64,000 nt of DNA from Stegostoma tigrinum (lineage: Eukaryota). Positions 25,001-36,950 of the stretch are shown piece after piece. The position numbers and the translations under genes were made by a program. The notes under the pieces are model-generated. The model had not been told where the DNA came from. It did not search any database and saw nothing but the letters and a program-made list of their open reading frames with translations. Position 1 is the stretch's first letter, and each line of letters starts with the position of its first letter. The stretch covers positions 53,968,259 through 54,032,258 of the forward strand of contig NC_081354.1 in NCBI RefSeq assembly GCF_030684315.1, read 5' to 3'.

Positions 25001-28000
25001 GGGGCAAGAGCTTGAGTGCCTGAAATGTAACCAAACACCTGGGACAAAGTCTAACAGAACCAAGGCAGATTGTGAAAGAGATAATAACCAGGCTACCCCA
25101 GTACTTAGCAGCTTCCGTTGCCACTTTGGATCTGTTTCTGTGGGTAATGGGCCTGCCACTATTCCATGCCCCTGTCGCTTGGCTGAAACAGGTTGCAAAG
25201 GAGCTTATATACTAGAATTGGGAAATTTCCTAAATTGAGCTATCTGTATTGGTAGTGAAAATCTAAACATTTATGCATTTCTTAGCCAAAATGAAATCAT
25301 GAAACCCAGCTCCAAGAACATCTTATCAAAGGAAGGGAGGACTTTTATGATCCTTGGTACAAACATATTAATCAAATGATCAGGTGTCATCTAAGTTCAA
25401 TATTTTAATTATAAAGACACTGATAACATATATTAAAGATAGTTAATTATAATCTGTTACATCTTGTGCCATTTATGTGTGGGGGATGTGTCAGATTCAG
25501 AAGGAGACCATAGAGGTTTTGAGTGTTTTATGGTCGAAGCTGATGTTATTATTTAACAAGTCAGCTCTCATACTGAACTCTAACTTGATGGATTTTTTTT
25601 ATTTTAATGAAGTGGTCTTCCTTGAAATGTGAGCATGCAATGCCACAGATTTGGATTTAGCAATAAAACGGAAGTCTTTTACACAAAAGAAATGAAGATA
25701 AAATAAAATGAATCAAATTATTTACAATTAAAAAATGTTTAATGTTTTTGAAGCAAGTAGTAAAGATATAATTCTATCACTCCCCGCAGCATACCATAAG
25801 AATACCCAAACATCAGACAGAATGTCTTCTCTAGTTTTCGCTTGAGCTCCTGATGATGAGAATGTGACAGCCTCTTGCATATTTCACCTTGTAACTGAGA
25901 TTTGGGTTTTGACATAACTCCTCCAGGGTTTTGACCAAACACCTCCAATTCACCAACAACTAAGAACTCGACAGAAATGCTAATCTGAAACTAAAAGAAA
26001 ACTGTTTTCTCACCCCAAGCTATGGATGTTTAACCTAAACTCAAAAAACAATTCCAGAATCTGAGAGTGCGATGCATTGCATTGTTTACTTTGTTTGCTT
26101 GAAAATTCTCCCAATGGAAATGGAAGCCGACTGCTCTAAAACTACTTCTCTCAGACTGCATTTTTAAAGAGAAAGTATTATGGCTGAGGAAATACTTGCA
26201 GGTTCTTTCTCGAGGACTATTGACAAGGTGCCATGCAGGAGGCTGCTAAATAAGGTAAGAGCCCATGTTGTTAGGGGCAAGGTACTGGCATGGATAGAGG
26301 GTTGGCTAATTGGCAGAGACAGAAAAGGGGACTTTTTTCAGGATGACAGCTGGTGGCTAGTAAAGTTCTGCAGGGGTCTTATTGGGACCTCAATAATTCG
26401 GTTATACATTAATGATATGCACAAAGTGGCTAAATGCACTTTTGCTAAGTTTGCAGACAACACAAAGATAGGTGGATGGAGAAATAGTGTTGAAGAGGTG
26501 GCAGAGGCTGTAGAGGGACTTGGACAGACTAAGAGATTCCCTGGCCCCAAACACCTCATTTTCACCATGGACGTCCAGTCCCTATACACCTGTATTCCTC
26601 ATGCAGATGGCCTCAAGGCCCTCTGGTTCTTCCTGTCCCACAGGCCCGACCAGTCACCCTCCACTGACACCCTCATTCTGCATAGCCGAACTCATCCTCA
26701 CCCTCAACAACTTCTCTTTGGCTTCATCTCACTTCCTACAGACAAAGGGGGTGGCCAAGGGTAAACGCATGGGTCCTAGCTATGCCTGCCTCTTTGTAGG
26801 TTACGTGGAACAGTCCCTCTTCTGCACCTACACAGGCCCCAAACCCCACCTCTTCCTCCGTTTCATTGATGACTGAATTGGTGCCGCCTCTTGCTCCCAA
26901 GAGGAGCTCAAACAGTTCATCCACTTCACCAACACCTTCCACCCCAACCTCAAGTTCACCTGGGCCATCTCCAACACATCCCTCACCTTCCTGGACCTCT
27001 CTGTCTCCATCTCAGGTAATCAGCTAGAAACTGATGTCCATTTCAAGCCCATTGACTCCCACAGCTACCTAGAATATACCTCCTCCCACCCACCTTCCTG
27101 CAAAAATTCCATCCCCTATTCCCAATTCCTTCGCCTCCACCGCATCTGCTCCCAGGATGAGGCATTCCACTCCCGCACATTCCAGATGTCCACGTTCTTC
27201 AAGGACTGCAACATCCCCCCCACAGTGGTCGAGAACACCCTTGACCGTGTCTCCCGCATTTCCCGCAACACATCCCTCACACCCCGCCCCCAACAAAAAC
27301 CGCCCTAAGAGGATCCCCCTCAACCTCACATACCACCCCAACAACCTCCGGATACAACGTATCATCCTCTGACACTTCTGCCATCTACAATCCAACCCCA
27401 CCACCCAAGACATTTTTCCATCACCACCCTTGTCTGCCTTCCGGAGAGACGACTCTCTCCGCGACTCCCTTGTCTGCTCCACACTCCCCTCCAACCCCAC
27501 CACACCCGGCACCTTCCACTGCAACTGCAGGAAGTGCTACACTTGCCTCCACACCTCCACCCTCACCCCCATCCCAGGCCCCAAGATGACTTTCCATATT
27601 AAGCAGAGGTTCACCTGCACATCTGCCAATGTGGTATACTGCATCCACTGTACCCAGTGTGGCTTTCTCTACATAGGGGAAACCAAGTGGAGGATTGGGG
27701 ACCGCTTTGCAGAACACCTATGCTCGGTTCGCAATAAACAACTGCACCTTCCAGTCACGAACCATTTTAACTCCTCCTCCCATTTCTTAGACAATATGTC
27801 CATCATGGGCCTCCTGCAGTGCCACAATGATGCCACCCAAAGGTTGCAGGAACAGCAACTCATATTCCGCTTGGGAACACTGCAACCCAATGGTATCAAT
27901 GTGGACTTCACAAGCTTCAAAATCTCCCCTTCCCCCATTGCATCCCAAAACCAGCCCAGCTTGTTCCCCGCCTCCCTAACCTGTTCTTCCTCTCACTTAT

Positions 28001-31000
28001 CCCCTCCTCCCACCTCAAGCCACACCTCCATTTCCTACCTACTAACCTCATCTCGCTTCCTTGACCTGCCATCCTCCATGGACTGACCTATCCCCTCCCT
28101 ACCTCCCCACCTATACTCTCCTCTCCACCTATCTTCTTTTCTCTCCATCTTCGGTCCGCCTCCCCCTCTCTCCCTATTTATTCCAGAACCCTCACCCCAT
28201 CCCCCTCTCTGATGAAGGGTCTAGGCCCGAAACGTCAGCTTTTGTGCTCCTGAGATGTTGCTTGGCCTGCTGTGTTCATCCAGCTACCCGCTTTGTTATC
28301 ATGACATTAATAGTTACTGTATTAGGGTTAATATTGTAAATAAAAATGGCAGACTTTGCAACTTTCAGAGTGAAAGCATTGCACTTTCAAAATGAATAAT
28401 AAATAGACCGCAGTGGCTCACGAAGGCAGCTCAGAACTACCTTCTCAAGGGCAATAAGGGACGGGTAATAAGTGCTGGCCAGCCAATGATGTCCACTTCT
28501 CACAAATAAACGAAATAAAAAATTACCTCCAGTCTTGAGACAACCTTGAATTGTTCTAACATGTTATCTTTTAGTATTTTTAACTTGAGACTTTGATCGT
28601 TAGTTTTGTTCTGCAACATGGTAAGCCTGGAATTCAGATGATCCACCAACTGATAATAAGTGTCGCCAAGTCCTAAAAGATGACAAATAAATTCTTCTAT
28701 TTAGTTTTTCATTGGGTTCTGCAAGTACATTTTTTAAATAAATTAGTAATTTGAACTAAATCCAAATGAATGTCGAAGCTGCATTTCCTGAATCTGAATT
28801 AATTGGGAGGGGAATTTTGTAGTTGCACAATCCTCAACGGATGCGCTATTGTGATAATCTGAGTTTGTGATTCAATTTTAATTTGTATGGAAATAAAAGC
28901 TGACACTTTTAAGAAACATGAACAGAGGAACGGCATAGTCACTCAGTGGCACAGAGCCAGGGATCTGGGTTCTATTCCACCCTTGGGCCACTGCCTGTGT
29001 GGAGTTTGCACCTTCTCCCAGTGTCTGTGTGGGTTTCCTCCAGGTGCTTGCAGTTTCCTCCCACACTCCAAAGATATGCAGGCTCGGTGGATTGGCCATG
29101 CTAAATTTCCTGTAGCATTCAGGGATGTGTAGATTAGGTAGGTAATGCGGGATGGGTGGGATGCTTTGAGGGTCAGTATGGACTTGTTGGGCCAAAGGGC
29201 CTGTTTCAACACTGTAGGGATTCTACGTTTCTATAAACCACTCACCACCTATCTTGCTTAGAGTCTGTCTGATTCTGTTGACAGCTTCAGTCGCAGTAAT
29301 ATGGGTATTCTCAAATGCTGTGGAATATATGTCCAACATCTGTCGAATTGCTTGGATCCTGTTATCAGTTTGTTGATTCTCAGTCTTGATTAATCCCTGA
29401 ATTCTACACCCAGATGGACATTTAGAGCCCTATTGAATTTAGGCAAAATTATAAAATATTTTAGTTATTTGCAATGTATAATTTCTCAAAAAAATGAAGT
29501 GACAACTGCATTACTTACCCAGTCACAATTCATACAAATCTGCCATTTCTTCTCTGAACACTGAGTAGATTTAAATTGGTCGCCATTTCCAATGGGTTGA
29601 GGACCCCAAGGTGCAGGGGAAGACTGGGCCTGAATCTTCAATTGTAAGAAATCAATAAAAAGGGAATCCTTTGACATATTCGACACTGATCTACAATCAT
29701 CAACCTGGCATGTTCCTTTGAACAAAGATAACAATGTGTAGAGCTGGATGAACACAGCAGCCAAGCAGCATCAGAGGAGTAGGAAGGCTGACGTTTCAAA
29801 CCTAGATTAGGCCCAAAACATCAGTCTTCCTGCTCCTCTGATGCCGCTTGGCCTGCTGTGTTCATCCAGCTCTACACCTTGTTATCTCAGATTTTCCAGC
29901 ATCAGCAGTTCCTACTATCCCTTGAACAAGGGATAACTTATGTGTGAAAATAACATATTCTCTTCAATAACAGACTCCATTGCTTCACGAAATTTACAAT
30001 CATGATCAGACAGCATTTATGGCCTCACATAATAAAATGCATGAAATTCTTCTAAACATTGGATATATTTTCATGTTTTCACTGTTGAAAACAAGCATTT
30101 AAAAAATCCATGCATTTACAGTAAGAATACAGCACTACAGTAAGAAATAAATAGCTTCACTTCCATTGGGAAAAATTGCAGATAAAGTGGGAGCTTAAAT
30201 CTTTTTGACTAGGTGTCAGAGTGGTAGAGCATGTCACCTTACTGTTGTTCCATCTTTGATTTCAAAAATTTTATAATTTAAAAATTTGAGCATTAAACAT
30301 ACTTCCCATGATGTCATATTAATTTGGAGTGAAGCTACTTGAAGTTATAGTAATAGGCAACTGCCTGACAAACATACTGAATTAAGAGACCAAATTGTAC
30401 AACAGAAGCAAATAAACTCCATGATGGCTAATTTATAATATTAGGAAATAGCAGGTGGGAGTGTCCACTTCCTCCTTTCTTTGATCTTCTGGAGAAGGTT
30501 CAGTCTACCACCTTGGCTTTCTACCAGAATGGAGTAAGAATGCATTTGGAGCCAAGCCAGATTGTTATGAGATGACCTCTGTCTTCTGTCTGTACCTCAG
30601 GACACTTGATATTTCTTTGGAACCTCACTTCCATGTTCTACCCCAATTTTCACATCAATATGGACCCAAAACTACTTGACATGTGTGAAAGTAGCTGTAT
30701 ACATGAAGCCTTAACAACACATGAGATAATAATTGCGTATGTTTTATGCTCACTTCACTGGAGATGATAGTAATGACATCAGAGATTATAATAACCTTTG
30801 ATTGAATATTTTGTTTTCCACGGAGATGATGTCATTATACTCATACGACAAAAACTGATTTTCCTTCAAAGATTGATTCTTATATTTTCCAAACCTACTT
30901 CCTGCTGCAAATCACAATCACAGTGCCCCTACATTCACAAGGACCAATCTGCAAAGGGATATAGCGCCCCATTTCACTTCATTAAATTTACCTAAATCAA

Positions 31001-31267
31001 TACGGATTAATTGCCAACATGTTACAGAAAGACCATTACTTTTGAAGTGTAATGGGATTTGATTTATATCCCACTCTCAATACAGTTCACAACTCCTTCC
31101 TAACTTTGTTATGAAGGAGTTATTAGGTTGGCCTACTCTCAGGATATAAATCAGAGCCGCTGGATCTTCACAATGTATCCTCTGTGTATGACTTATTCAT
31201 AAGGAAAACTTACCCAGTCAACTAACATGAAGCATACAAACAAACCAAAGGCTTGTTTAGCTCTCAT
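21385..31267 (-). CDS. FGA: Fibrinogen alpha chain gene, 6 exons; extended alpha-E form 750 aa (short read-through form 525 aa)
   Basis: Exons 31267-31214, 29635-29519, 29429-29246, 28672-28527, 23534-22484, 22085-21385 join in frame. Motifs KCPSGCRIQGLI and RLE|VDIDIKIQSCKGSC; C-terminal fibrinogen-related domain. Confidence 0.95.
22458..23534 (-). CDS. FGA: FGA exon 5 (alpha-C region); internal donor after 22484 gives alpha-E, read-through stop at 22458
   Basis: VDIDIKIQSCKGSC start; long Ser/Thr-rich ORF; AAAG|gtatga donor. Confidence 0.93.
   Translation of the reverse strand, partial: VDIDIKIQSCKGSCAKSVVYNANKESNVRMEKSLQSMTGIKLDRVVNDKPIHKLKLSLMKKSEERTTFRTRLHTRLITIENDAPHANSQQDTGFYEDSFLTSAPMTPKIISTIKGVDNHTISMKGSFVPLTHGLNSTEKTYVSLKHGSLDNRIEEPLFINVSVKSTSSYSSYSTKSNYSVSGSKVVINQTFTKHGDTKAVNQAASSDLSILNSGQTDFKELPLQQTSEGSSAHLAQTKNSSSSDFTDYSTLGHFENSVMTNNRKHACPSTKEVTNSKDNAPHAESVNSSCSHQSTNTNDSKGFSKSSSTTQRTLKLNLPFDDESGEERVDLQARSFNIDKVQKIEGYIGKGMINYNLN
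26215..26530 (+). mobile_element. CR1 RT fragment abutting the Penelope element
   Basis: DKVPCRRLLNKV...GKVLAWIEGWL...AKFADNTKIGG. Confidence 0.75.
26535..28300 (+). mobile_element. 5'-truncated Penelope-like retroelement (RT, GIY-YIG endonuclease, pseudo-LTR) in FGA intron 4, frameshifted
   Basis: ORF fragments FTMDVQSLYTCIPH, GVAKGKRMGPSYACLFVG, FLRFIDD, VVYCIHCTQCGFLYIGET...RFAEH; C-rich 3' region and terminal repeat with a hammerhead motif. Confidence 0.88.
28209..28238 (+). ncRNA. Minimal hammerhead ribozyme motif in the Penelope pseudo-LTR
   Basis: CTGATGA-A-GGGT CTAG GCCC-GAAA-CG-TC-AG: core boxes CUGAUGA and GAAA, stem II, GUC triplet. Confidence 0.65.
28527..28672 (-). CDS. FGA: FGA exon 4
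   Basis: LGDTYYQLVDHLNSRL...QFKVVSRLE; 146 nt. Confidence 0.93.
28931..29232 (+). mobile_element. tRNA-derived SINE (HE1-like) in FGA intron 3
   Basis: tRNA-like head with gggttcnattcc B-box, tgtgtggagtttgcac core, CR1-like tail cactgtagggattcta. Confidence 0.78.
29246..29429 (-). CDS. FGA: FGA exon 3
   Basis: GSKCPSGCRIQGLIKTENQQTDNRIQAIRQML...; 184 nt; donor gtgagt. Confidence 0.95.
29519..29635 (-). CDS. FGA: FGA exon 2 (fibrinopeptide A / knob region; alternative acceptor at 29629)
   Basis: (IQ)AQSSPAPWGPQPIGNGDQFKSTQCSEKKWQICMNCDW, aligns to human ...R [25 protein letters not shown]; donor gtaagt. Confidence 0.88.
29726..29921. mobile_element. Penelope-derived palindromic mini-element in FGA intron 1
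   Basis: gataacaa..gagctggatgaacacagcag / ctgctgtgttcatccagctc..ttgttatc inverted arms; ttgaacaa on both flanks. Confidence 0.78.
31214..31267 (-). CDS. FGA: FGA exon 1 (signal peptide)
   Basis: MRAKQAFGLFVCFMLVDW, 54 nt ending in W then gtaagt, matching the mammalian FGA exon 1 layout. Confidence 0.82.
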
Positions 31268-31371
31268 CTTTCTAGTTCTGCAGCAAGGCTTTGAGGAAAA
31301 GTCACTTCTCTCTCCCTTACACCAAATTTCAAACCTACAAAATCGTGATCAGTCAGTGTTAGTGGGAAACC

Positions 31372-31409
31372 TGTTTACCTAAATTGTGGAGGCCCTGTTG
31401 ATCATTTAC
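31372..31409 (-). promoter_or_regulatory. FGA promoter: FOXA-like core and HNF1-like site
   Basis: TGTTTAC at 31372-31378; GTTGATCATTTAC at 31397-31409 (2 mismatches to the HNF1 consensus), 105-142 nt upstream of the ATG. Confidence 0.5.
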
Positions 31410-31836
31410 CACCGAGGCCTTTCTGAAATTCTTGGGTTTTTTTTCTGATGCTTTGTTGACGCACCAAAGGTCAATAGATGCTAAAGCCTGTGAAACCTTT
31501 AAGCAACTACAACATGGAATTTCTGTGGCAACTCCACTATGTTTTTAATACAGATGGCTCAACAACAAGTATAGGTAATAGCACTGTGGTATTGTTGCTG
31601 TATGTATAAACCAGAGACCAATGTAATGTTCTGGAAAATTAGGCTTGAAATCCATCATGTGCAATTTGAATTGATAGTAATTTGTAATTAAAAATTCCTT
31701 CACTGTCGTTATCACAATATTCTGCAGTTATCTCCCTAAGGGCATTGTGGGTCACCCCACAGTACCATGGAGTGCAGCAGTTCAAGAGGCAGCTCACCAC
31801 GACTTTCTCAAGGGCAACTGGGGATGGAAAATATAT

Positions 31837-32309
31837 CAGAGATAATAGGAACTGCAGATGCTGGAGAATCTGAGAAAACACGGTGTGGAGCTGGATGGAC
31901 ACAGCAGGCCAAGCAGCATCTTAGGAGCAGGAAAGCTGATGTTTTGGGCCTAGACCCTTCACCAGAAATAGGGGAGGGGAAGGGGATTCTAAAACTCTCT
32001 CATCCTCTATCCATCTTCTATCCACCTCCCCCTCTCTCCCTATTTATTTCAGAACCCCTTTCCCCTCCCCCATTTCTGGTGAAGGCCCGAAACGTCAGCC
32101 TTCCTGCTCCTATGATGCTGCTGTTCATCCAGCTCAACACCTTGCTATCTCAGATTCTCCAGCATCTGCAGCTACTATCATCTCTGAAATATTTTTAACC
32201 CCACTGCAAAGTCTCTTCTAAGGATGCCTACCCTGAAGAAGTTACCCTCCTCCATCGAGACAAACCTCAGGGAATCTCTCTCCCACTGCAACTCTCTCGT
32301 CCTCTATCC
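31837..32309. mobile_element. Penelope inverted pseudo-LTR insertion nested in an older SINE/LINE tail
   Basis: Inverted arms; 13-nt direct repeat atggaaaatatat at 31824-31836 and 32310-32322; the host repeat resumes on either side. Confidence 0.78.
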
Positions 32310-35300
32310 ATGGAAAATATATGCTGACCAGCCAGCAACACTCACGTTCTATGAGTTAACTAAAACAAAAAGTACAAGATGCAGACTGATGTTAGCCTAT
32401 TAGTCAGTGCCATCATGACAATGCTCTTGAATCTGACAGTGTATCATAATCGGTCATATTTCAACCCATAACTGTACAGCCTTACTGGAGAACATTAGAG
32501 ACACAAATGTCCATGCTGTAGAAGAGGATTTTAATATCAACTCACGGGATGTGGACACTCCTGACTTATGCCTTGTAGATAATGGACAAGCTTTGGGGGA
32601 TCAGGAGGTGAATTACTTGATGTTGTACACCTAGCCTCTCAACTACCCTTGTAGACTTTATGTTTATGTGGCAAGTCCACTTGAATTTCTGATTAATGGT
32701 AACCTTGAGGATGTTGATTGTGGGGGATTCAGAGATGATGACACCATTGAATGTCATAGCTCGGCACTTGTGTGGTGTGAATGCTACTTGCCGCTTATAA
32801 TCCCAAGCCTGGATATAGTCATGATCTTGCTACCTTTGAATACGGACTGCTTCAGTATCTGTGGAGTCACACATTGTGCTGAACATTACACAATCATCAG
32901 TGACTATCCCCACTTCTGACCTCATGATGGAGGGGTGGTATTGCTATGCTTACCACTATAAGGTCAACCTTCAGCGTTGAGCCATCACTTGGACCTTTGT
33001 GTGCTTCTGCAGAACACTGCATCTTGGCAGAGGACAGCAGACCGTGAAACTTCTCACCGCACTCATTCCAAGATCTTTTGTGGTTCACCTCTTGTCTTCA
33101 ATGGTGGCAATCTCCTGCTATGCCTGGTTGGTCTCTGTGCACATGTTCTGCTGACCACTCAAACATGCTATCCTCGGCCAGGGTCTGGAGGTGTCACTCT
33201 TACTGATACATTGACACTGGCCACTTTGCGATATTTGGGCATGACAATGCAAAAAGCACACTGGTATATAAAACTTTCAGCTTTGATTGCTGCCATATAT
33301 GATTTCTGCCTGCTTTCATACAGGACCAATATTCTCTAGTTCAGTAACACTTGTTATTGAGTATTGGAGGGCTATATGAATGCAGGGTGCTCTGATGTCT
33401 ACTCCGATAACCCCAACATGGCAAGCTGTACTCCCCAAACATAAATTACCCTGGTGACTTACTCTCTCTGACTCATACGCTGGCCTGCAATGATCAAATG
33501 CCTATCTGAGACTTCTAGTCAAGGGTCATTTATCTGGCTGCACTCTGAATGGTGGGTAGCAAGAGATTAGGTAAAAGAGGCACAGATCCTGCTGGGTTGT
33601 TTGACAATTGTCTCCTGAGGTATTATACGGATCTGTTTAAGCCAGAACATTATGAATAGCTGATACTGATGTCTCTGTAACTATGGCTTGTGAAGCCTTT
33701 CCAACCTTAGCTTTCCAAACTGCACTCCTTCACTAAAAGGAAATTAGACTCCAGTAATCTCTAAACTCTCTAATGGGAGATCCATGATAGACAGTTCCTG
33801 CAGTGTAGGCAATTATTTGGGCAATTCTGACATTAATATGAACCTAACTCCTCTCATTGACATCTCCTCCTGGGATCAGCATTCTTCCAGGTTCTCCCTG
33901 GAAGAACACATTTTGGTTTGACAAGCACCTGCAACTTTTCTGTACTGATTTATTGTTACCTCATAATCCTTCACTAGAGCAATTTTTGTACCAGTCGGCA
34001 CTTTTTAAGCATTTTCTTCTTGTACAGACAATAACAGTTGAACACCCATTCACACAAGAAATACCACAACCATTTCTTTTTCTTGGATTGTGAACATCCA
34101 CAGAGCATTGCCTTCAGGGCCAAGTCATCGGACGTCAGTGACTAAACACAGCAGTATAAAATCAGAAGGATAAAATGTATGAACGAGAAAAGCCCATTTC
34201 ATTAAATGTATTCTTTCTAGCATACATGGTACAATTTGCACATTCAAACACAACAAATATGATGAACAAGATCAGTAACCATAGTAAATATTCAGGAAGA
34301 TAAAATGCCTATATAAGATAATCTGATCCAAAGATTAATTATTACAGCATTATGTTTTGAACCATGGACATTTATATTTTATGAATAGAATTTCCATGAT
34401 TACAAAAGCACAGGAATTACTGTGTTCTGTGGATTTTGTAATGTTTTTCTGTGTTAACGTATCACTGTAGCCTTCAAATTCTATTGCGAAGTAGATACAG
34501 CATCAACTTTTTCTGAGTTAATGAACACAGTGTTTGTTACTTATTTTTCAGAGTTTATTTCACAAATATACTACTGTTTGTGTAAGAAATCAATATGTTT
34601 GGTCTAGACATGCTAATCTGCAAAGATGTCCTTTCAATCTTAAGTGATACCATAAGCTAAATAACTGACTGAACTATTGTCCAAGGCACTCATTAATTTA
34701 CAGACCTTGAGCCTTGCTCCTTCATATAAAAAACAAATCAGGCTTTTTCAGTTTTCTCATGTGTTGATGTAAATCCACTGATGCCACTTTCCCAAAGGGA
34801 AATGTTTGAAGGAAGCTGTGAGGAAGGAATTCTATAGTAAGTGTCTTGCTTTCTGACTCCTCAGATCTTGACTACCATCTACAAGGCACAAGTCAGGAGT
34901 GTGATGGAATACTCCCCACTTGCATGGATGGCTGCAGCTCGAACAACACTCAAGAAGGTTGATATCATGCAAGACAATGCAGCTCGCTTAATTAGAACCA
35001 CATCCACCAACATTCACTCCCTCCTCCACTGACACTCAGTAGCAGCAGTGTGTACTATCCATAAGGCGCACTGCAATAATTCACTATGGCTACCCATTCC
35101 ATGACCACTTCCATCTAGGATGTCAAGTGCAGATAAATATGAACACCACCACTGCAAGTTTCCCTGCAAGCCTCTCATCTTCCTGACTTGGAAATGTATC
35201 ATTGTCACTGGATGGAAATCCTGGAATTCCCTCTGTAAAGATACTGTGGGTCAACTTATAACACATGGACTGCAGCTGTTCAAGAGGGCAGATTTTGCCC

Positions 35301-35719
35301 CCACCTCCTCAAAGACAACTAGAGACAGGCATAGCCAGTGATACCCACATCCCATGTGTAAACAATATCCCTCCTCAAGAAAAAGGACCAAACTCCTTCT
35401 TTAATTAATTCACAGGATGTGGATGTCATTGGCAGGGCCAACATTTATCACTCTTCCCTACGAACCAAATACATTGCTGTGAAGTTGCACATCGGTCAAA
35501 CCAGATAAGGATGGTGGATTTCCTTCCCGAAAGGACATTAATGAACCAGATGGGTTTCTCCAACAACCAGCGATGGTTTTGTGGTCATCAGTAGACTCTT
35601 AATTCCAGACTTTTATTGAAATCAGATTCCACTATCTGCCATGACATGATGTAAGCCCAAATCCCCAGAACAGCACCAGGGTCATGAAATCGATAGTTTA
35701 TTGATAATGCAACTAGGAC

Positions 35720-36950
35720 ATCACTTCCCCTGCACCTTACCTCCCACTGCACACAGTACTCCTGATATGGTCTCATCAATGCCTCTTTTTATTTGCAATT
35801 TGATTAATTGCAAGCACAATTCCTTATTTTTACACTCCTTTCCTGTGGCAATAAACACCAAATTTCCATTACTTTCCTTATCATCTGCTGGAACTGCATG
35901 CTAACTTTCTACAGCTCGTGTACAAACACACCTAAGTTCCTCTGTACTGAAGCATTTTGAAATTTCTTTTCATTTAGGTAACAAGTTACCCCTTTTTAGT
36001 TTAGTGACCAAAATGGAAAATCCTCTCACCTATTTATGTTTAACTTCTCCTGGAGTGGGCCAAATTTTGGCCCATTCACCTAAGCTATCAAATCAATTTG
36101 TAAAATTCTTATGCAGAACAATTTACTTTCCCACCTATTTTTGTGTCATCTGCAAAACTGGCTCTGATATATTCTAACCTGCATCCAAATCATTAATATA
36201 GTGTGTAAATAGTTGGGCCCCAAGGATCAAACCCTCTGGCACCCCACTAGTTCAGTTTGCCAACCAGAAATAAACTTATTTATCCTGACTTTCTGCTTTC
36301 TGTTGGCTAGTCAATCCTCTATCCAAGCTAACATATTACCGTGAACCCCAAGTGATCATACTTTGTGTATTAACTTTTTGTGTGGCACCTTTTTAAATGC
36401 CTTCTGAAAGTCTAGAAACGCCATCTACTGCGCACCCATTGCCCACTTTGTTCATTACATAGAATCCCTTCAGTGTGGAAGCAGGCCATTCAGCCCATTA
36501 AATCCACACCAACCCTCCAAAGAACATCCAGCCCCATCCTCATATATTATTCCTGTAGTCCTCTATTTCCCACAGCTCATCCATCTACCCTGCATATTGC
36601 TTGACGCTGGCCAATTTAGCATGGCCAATCCACCTAAAATTCCCATCTTTAGACTGTGGGAGGGAACTGGAGCACCCAAGGGAAACCCATGCAGACACAG
36701 GGAGAATGTACAAACTCCACACAGACCAGTCACCTGAGGTTGGAATCAAATCCAGACCCCTGGCGATGTGAGGCATCAGCACTAACTGCTGAACCACTGT
36801 GTCACCCATCTTCAAAAAACTCTGGTAAAAGAATCAAACATGATTTCCCCTTCATAAAACCATGCTGACTGCAATGGATTGCACTCTGACTTTCCAAGCT
36901 TCATACTGCTAGTTCCTAATGATGGATTTCAACAATTTCCCAATCATAGA
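35720..36950 (-). mobile_element. Old CR1 RT fragment interrupted by a SINE
   Basis: Reverse-strand remnants of the FAD and DF.KAF.KVP motifs; SINE inserted at about 36459-36808. Confidence 0.6.
36459..36808 (-). mobile_element. tRNA-derived SINE (HE1-like)
   Basis: Same family as 28931, opposite strand. Confidence 0.75.

Noticed and set aside
26180-26764. 194-aa ORF as a novel fusion gene
   Set aside because: Chance in-frame junction between a CR1 RT fragment and a truncated Penelope RT.
28931-29000. tRNA genes at SINE heads (also 18637, 36740, 38960, 48590)
   Set aside because: A/B-box remnants continue straight into SINE bodies; no complete cloverleaf.
21385-31267. FGA as a pseudogene because knob A is lost
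   Set aside because: All six exons are open and in phase with canonical splice sites, conserved cysteines, a signal peptide, promoter motifs and a polyA signal.
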